The notes under the pieces are model-generated. The model was not told the DNA's origin and searched no databases. It worked only from the letters and a program-made list of their open reading frames with translations. This document shows positions 59,414-64,000 of a stretch of DNA of 64,000 bases, in pieces. The position numbers and the translations under genes are program-made. Origin of the DNA: Capsulimonadaceae bacterium (GTDB taxonomy: Bacteria; Armatimonadota; Armatimonadia; Armatimonadales; Capsulimonadaceae); contig OZ244065.1 in assembly GCA_965215505.1 (NCBI GenBank), forward strand, positions 4,992,001 to 5,056,000, given 5' to 3'. How positions within the stretch are numbered: position 1 is the first letter of the stretch; each line of letters opens with the position of its first letter.

Positions 59414-61987
59414 CTAGAGCCGTGGGTCTATCGGCTCGCTCTCCAGGGCCAGCACGGCGAAGACGCACTCGTGGACGCGGCGCAGCGGCTCGCGGCGGAC
59501 GAACCGCTCCAAAGCCTCGATGCCCAGGGCGAATTCGCGGCCTGCGAGGGACCGCTTGCCGGACAGGCCGCGCGAGCGCAGGCGGGTCAGGTTATCGGGG
59601 GCGTCGTAGTCCGGGCCGTAGATGATGCGGAGGTACTCGCGGCCCCGGCACTTGACGGCGGGCTGGGACAGGCCGCGCGGCCCGCGCGTGATGAAGTCCC
59701 AGGGCTTGACCACCATGCCCTCGCCGCCTTTGCCAGTCAGCTCCTCCCACCACCGGATGCCCGCCGCGACGCTTTCCGGGTCGGTGACGTGGATCGTCTG
59801 GTGCGGCGTCGCCAGCAGCAGGCCGGTGGGGTCTGAGGCACAGAGCCGGGCCAAAGTCGCCATGTGCCAGCCGTGGTCCTTGTCGGCATGCACCGCGCCT
59901 TCCGAGGCCAGGAGGTGGAAGGGGGCCAGTTTCAAGTCGGCCAGGCTGTTCACGGGCCAGCAGTAGCGCCGGTAGGCGTCCACGAACAGGCCCGCCGTCG
60001 TTTCTCGCTTGGCGAACTTTTCCAGCAGTGGCTCCAAGCCGGGCGTGTGGGCCGACGCTCGGCGCAGGGCCGTGACCGCGTGGGGCAGGGCGGCCGTGGC
60101 CGCGTGGGGCAGGGCGGCCGTGGCCGCCGCGCCGACGGCGGCGTACTGGTCCCGGATGAGCGCCTGCGCCTTGGCCGACCAGGGCATCAGCTCGCAGTCC
60201 AGGCAGACCCAATCCGTGCCGAGTTCGTCCCACAGGCTGCTTTCAGTCAGGGCGTCCCGGATGAGGGCTAAGAACTGCGCTTCCAAATCTGCGTCGTCGA
60301 AGAACCGGCGGCCGGTGCGGGTCACGCAGACGCCGATACCTTCACCTTCAACGCCGAACCTTGCCCGCGCAACGCCCTCGTCCCGGCAGACAACGACCAC
60401 GGCGCGCGACCCCATGTGCTTCTCCTCGCAGATCACCGTCGGCAGGCCCTGGTTACGGTAGTAGGAAAACGCCTCGGCGGGGTGTTCCAGCAGGCCCGGC
60501 TCCGCCGTCGTCTCGGACGGGGACATGGTAGGCGGCAAATAGATCAGCCACTTGGGGTTTGCGGCGAACCGGCTCATCACTTCCAAAGCCGCGATCGCGT
60601 TCTCTTCCCGGACCGTGATGTTGCCGTGCAGGCGTGTCCCGATCAGCCGCTTGCCGGTGACGTCCTCTATGTCCAGGATGTCGTCGTGCTGCTGCTGTGC
60701 CGACAGGGCAGGGGCCGACTCCTCCGGCGGCAGGAAGGGGCGGGCCGGCTCCGTATAAGTCTGGCGGGCGGGGACCGAGATTAGCTCCCGCTCCGGCCAG
60801 CGCAGGGCGGTCAGTTTGCCGCCGAAGACGCAGCCGGTGTCAATGTTAATCGTGTGGTTCAGCCACTCCGGGGCGGGAATGGGCGTGTGTCCGTAGACGA
60901 CATCCGCCAAGCCCCGATACTCCGCCGCCCAGTTGTAGCGGATGGGCAGGCCGAACTCGTCTGTCTCTCCGGTCGTCTCGCCATACAGGGCGAACTCGCG
61001 GACCTTGCCCGACCCGCGCCCCATCATCTCCGCCTTCATGCCCGCGTGGGCAACCACGAGCCTGCCGTCGTCCAGCACATAATGGCTGACCAGGCTGTCC
61101 AAGAACGTCCTGACCTCATGGACAAACTCCGTCGGCTCGCCCTCTAGCTGCGCCAGTGTCTCGGCCAGGCCGTGCGTGATCTGGACATCCCGGCCGCGCA
61201 GCTTCCGCAGCAGCTTGACATCGTGGTTGCCCGGCACGCACAGGGCCGTGCCCGCCGACACCATGCCCATCACCAGCCGCAGCACGTCCGGCGTCTTCGG
61301 CCCCCGGTCGCCCAGGTCGCCCAAAAAGACCGCCTTGCGCCCATCCGGCGGCGTGACGGTGTGGCCGTCAACGGCGTAGCCGAGAGCGGTCAGCAGTGCG
61401 GTCAGCTCGTCAAAGCACCCATGCACGTCGCCGATGATGTCGAACGGGCCGTGTTCGCCCTTCTTGTTGTTGTACAGCGGCTCGCGCGTCACGGTCGCCT
61501 CGGCCACCTGTTCCGGGCTGGTCAGCGTGAAGACGTGCCGGAAGCCTTCGCGCTCCAATCCCCGCAAGGACTGGCGCAGGCTCTTGATGTGGTTGCGGAC
61601 GACGTGCGGCCCGAAGTCCCGGTCCGGGCGGTTGACGTTGCGGTCCTGACACACCCGCTCCGGCATGTCCAGCACGACCGCGACCGGCAGGCAGTGGTAC
61701 TCACGCGCCAGCGCGAGGAGCGGCTTGCGCGCCTCGGGCTGGACGTTCGTCGCATCCACGACGACCAGCCTCCCGGCGGCTAACCGCTTGGAGGCGATGA
61801 AGTGCAGCACGTCGAAGGCGTCTTTCGTCGCCGCCTGCTCGTTCTCATCGTCGGAGACAAGTCCCCGGCAGAAGTCCGAAGATAGCACTTCAGTCGGCAG
61901 GAAGTGCTGCCGGGCGAACGAGGACTTGCCGGAGCCGGACGCGCCGATAAGTACGACGAGGGAGAGTTCTGGGATGGTGATATTCAT
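59414..61987 (-). CDS. pnkp: Polynucleotide kinase-phosphatase-ligase (Pnkp)
   Basis: GASGSGKS kinase; IGDVHGC/GNHD/YGHTP/DTGCVFGG phosphatase; EEKHMGSR and EGMVVKP ligase; ESEPIDPRL end. Confidence 0.95.
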   Translation of the reverse strand: MNITIPELSLVVLIGASGSGKSSFARQHFLPTEVLSSDFCRGLVSDDENEQAATKDAFDVLHFIASKRLAAGRLVVVDATNVQPEARKPLLALAREYHCLPVAVVLDMPERVCQDRNVNRPDRDFGPHVVRNHIKSLRQSLRGLEREGFRHVFTLTSPEQVAEATVTREPLYNNKKGEHGPFDIIGDVHGCFDELTALLTALGYAVDGHTVTPPDGRKAVFLGDLGDRGPKTPDVLRLVMGMVSAGTALCVPGNHDVKLLRKLRGRDVQITHGLAETLAQLEGEPTEFVHEVRTFLDSLVSHYVLDDGRLVVAHAGMKAEMMGRGSGKVREFALYGETTGETDEFGLPIRYNWAAEYRGLADVVYGHTPIPAPEWLNHTINIDTGCVFGGKLTALRWPERELISVPARQTYTEPARPFLPPEESAPALSAQQQHDDILDIEDVTGKRLIGTRLHGNITVREENAIAALEVMSRFAANPKWLIYLPPTMSPSETTAEPGLLEHPAEAFSYYRNQGLPTVICEEKHMGSRAVVVVCRDEGVARARFGVEGEGIGVCVTRTGRRFFDDADLEAQFLALIRDALTESSLWDELGTDWVCLDCELMPWSAKAQALIRDQYAAVGAAATAALPHAATAALPHAVTALRRASAHTPGLEPLLEKFAKRETTAGLFVDAYRRYCWPVNSLADLKLAPFHLLASEGAVHADKDHGWHMATLARLCASDPTGLLLATPHQTIHVTDPESVAAGIRWWEELTGKGGEGMVVKPWDFITRGPRGLSQPAVKCRGREYLRIIYGPDYDAPDNLTRLRSRGLSGKRSLAGREFALGIEALERFVRREPLRRVHECVFAVLALESEPIDPRL

Positions 61988-62070
61988 GGATTGTAATGCT
62001 GTAATCGCCACGGGTTGAAACCCGAGGCACCGAAGTCCCCTACGTCCGGGGGATGTGATGGCGGCTTGAT

Positions 62071-62263
62071 TCCCCGGATTGAAATCCGGGTCTTCGGTAA
62101 AGCGATTGTCCGCCTGCGCGGACACAAGAGGCGGCCATGTAGGGGCGCGATTCATCGCGCCCTCTTTCCCGCTCGCGCCCTCGTTTCCTGTCGTATCTCC
62201 CGGTTTCTCTGTCCACGCAGGTGGACAACTGCACTTACGAAGACCCGGATTTCAATCCGGGGA
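62071..62263. repeat. Composite intergenic repeat: ~54-bp imperfect inverted arms around a GTAG REP
   Basis: Arms at 62071-62124 and 62210-62263 (ccccggattgaaatccggg core); gtaggggcgcgattcatcgcgccct at 62139-62163. Confidence 0.75.
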
Positions 62264-62277
62264 CAGGCCACATCGGT

Positions 62278-63027
62278 TCATAAGAGTTCCCGCACACCCT
62301 CCGCCGTCAGCGTCCGCTCGGAGATTAAATCATCCTGCTGGTGCCAGCGCGTGATTATCTCGCCATAGGTCCAGTTGGGATGCGGCCCGCACATCCGATG
62401 ACCGACGACGCGGCTGTGTGACAGCCCGGCAAAGAGGCGAGCATCTTCCTCTGTGAATGGCAGTCCCGTATACCACTGTGGGTCAAGTGATGCCGCCGAC
62501 ATCAGACCGATTGGCGAAAGATCACTCAACAGGAAGGGTTTGCCGGTAGGTACGCCCTCCTGGTAAGCCTCACACCACAGGCCGCCGTTTGTGCGTAGTC
62601 CCCAGACGCCGTAGCGAGCTAGGATGAAGAACTGACAGAGCCAGTCCAGGTGCGGCCCTGTCGGACCACTAAAGCAGTAGCGCCAGTCGCGTTTATGTAT
62701 GCCCGTCTCCTGTTGCTCACGATAGGCGCTCATTTCATCCCGCCAATGTTCGCCTAAAGTGCTGCCCGTCCCAAAACTGAATATCTGCTGGACTGGTCTA
62801 ATGAGCGGCCCGCATTCAGCGCGAACGACGTACTGCGTCGGCGATAGATCAATGGCAACTACTTGCGGGCGGCGAAATACTTTCGCCTGCCAAACAAGCC
62901 GGGGTACTTCTCTAACGGCAAGCTTGTGGCCCATCTCTTGGCTGCCGATGTACATGGCCGGGCGTGTTTCTGCGTGCTGCCGTTCCTCATGCCAATTCAT
63001 CACCGGGCGCGCATCGTCTCCGCTCAT
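62278..63027 (-). CDS. Hypothetical protein between hen1 and pnkp
   Basis: ATGA-coupled to the hen1 stop; lower GC; RPAMYIG motif near the N-terminus. Confidence 0.65.
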   Translation of the reverse strand: MSGDDARPVMNWHEERQHAETRPAMYIGSQEMGHKLAVREVPRLVWQAKVFRRPQVVAIDLSPTQYVVRAECGPLIRPVQQIFSFGTGSTLGEHWRDEMSAYREQQETGIHKRDWRYCFSGPTGPHLDWLCQFFILARYGVWGLRTNGGLWCEAYQEGVPTGKPFLLSDLSPIGLMSAASLDPQWYTGLPFTEEDARLFAGLSHSRVVGHRMCGPHPNWTYGEIITRWHQQDDLISERTLTAEGVRELL

Positions 63028-64000
63028 GCCCCCCGCCTCTCAAACACCGCCATCTGGCTCGGCGCTCCGACCTCAGCGTCTTCCGGGCCGATGGGCAATA
63101 TCCGAACCGCGTAGCCGAACCGTTCACAGACATTATCCGCCCACGACTGGAACTCGGCGCGGGTCCATTCGAAGCGGTGGTCCTTGTGGCGGAACTTGCC
63201 CGCCGGCAGCGTCTCGAACTTGGGGTTGTACTCGACGTTCGGGGTCGTGATGATGAGCGTCCGGGGCCGGGCGAACTCGAACAGGGCGCGGGCGAAGGCG
63301 GCCAGGCGGTTCGCGTCCAGGTGTTCGATGACCTCCACCACGGCGGCGGCATCGTAGCCGTTCAGGCGGGCATCGCGGTAGATGAGCGAGCCTTGAACCA
63401 GCGTGATGCGCTCGCGCTGCATTGGGGGCAGGTGGTCCAGGTGCATCTTGTCCTGGGCCATTTCCAAGGTCCGGTAGGACACGTCCATGCCCAAAATCTC
63501 GGTGAACTGCCGGTCGGCCAGCAGCAGGGCCAGCAGGCGGCCCTCGCCGCAGCCGAGGTCCAGGACCCGCTTCGCGCCGCTGCCTTTCAGGGCGGCAAGC
63601 ACCGCGCCGAGCCGCTGCTCGTGGAGGCTGATCTTCTTCTCGACCGCCTCCTCCTCGCGGTCGTGCAGCACCTGGGCGGCCCCGTCCTCCGGCTCCTCCT
63701 CCTGCGTGAGCTGGGCCAGGGCGTCCCGCACCAGTGAGCGGCGGCCCTTGAGGTAGCGGTGGACGATGGTTTCCTTCTCCGGGTGTGCGGCCAGCCACCC
63801 CTCCCCCTTGCGGATGAGCTTTTCCACTTCCTCGTCACCGATGGCGTAGTGCTTGCCCGAGTCGAGCGTGGGGATGAGGACGTAGAGGTGTGTCAGCAGG
63901 TCCGCCAGGCGAACGGTGCCGGTCAATGTGACCGAGAAGTATTGGCTCTCGCCCCACTCGGGGAAGTGGGAGTCCAGCGGATGGGCCTCCAGCGCGACGG
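63024..64000 (-). CDS. hen1: Hen1 3'-terminal RNA 2'-O-methyltransferase (5' end outside window)
   Basis: FPEWGES, HLYVLIP, VLDLGCGEG, EVIEHLD, TTPNVEYN, FRHKDHRFEWTRAEF. Confidence 0.95.
   Translation of the reverse strand, partial: VALEAHPLDSHFPEWGESQYFSVTLTGTVRLADLLTHLYVLIPTLDSGKHYAIGDEEVEKLIRKGEGWLAAHPEKETIVHRYLKGRRSLVRDALAQLTQEEEPEDGAAQVLHDREEEAVEKKISLHEQRLGAVLAALKGSGAKRVLDLGCGEGRLLALLLADRQFTEILGMDVSYRTLEMAQDKMHLDHLPPMQRERITLVQGSLIYRDARLNGYDAAAVVEVIEHLDANRLAAFARALFEFARPRTLIITTPNVEYNPKFETLPAGKFRHKDHRFEWTRAEFQSWADNVCERFGYAVRILPIGPEDAEVGAPSQMAVFERRGA

Overview
High-GC bacterial chromosomal segment; the gene repertoire (Uma2 nucleases, signal-peptide ankyrins, PA14 protein, ECF/anti-sigma pair, class-II glyQS, RicT) suggests an Armatimonadota-like Terrabacterium (inference only). 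Housekeeping genes (coaE, cysC, tRNA-Glu, folP, gap, glyQS, uvrA) alternate with accessory genes. The main discovery is a retron-like operon on the minus strand (about 51580-58790). It has a sigma70 promoter, then a ~250-nt msr/msd-like ncRNA with a1/a2 arms and a perfect 29-bp stem, then a 1124-aa helical-repeat protein carrying an inserted LVIVD beta-propeller, a SWIM-finger+BRCT protein, and a Mx162-like reverse transcriptase. The ncRNA sits ~5.5 kb from its RT, and a Hen1-Pnkp RNA-repair operon lies next to the locus. A second unusual locus is exbB-exbD-exbD followed, in the TonB position, by a 1594-aa membrane-anchored Gly/Gln/Pro tandem-repeat protein ending in a PA14 domain, then a degenerate GH27. 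Also present: a PtuAB/Septu-like ATPase+HNH pair split by an IS256 with an 8-bp TSD, an HTH/LAGLIDADG-like ORF reading into tRNA-Glu, an orphan structured RNA candidate, several frameshifted accessory genes, arsR-arsM and REP-like repeats. All calls come from reading motifs by eye; no database searches were run.
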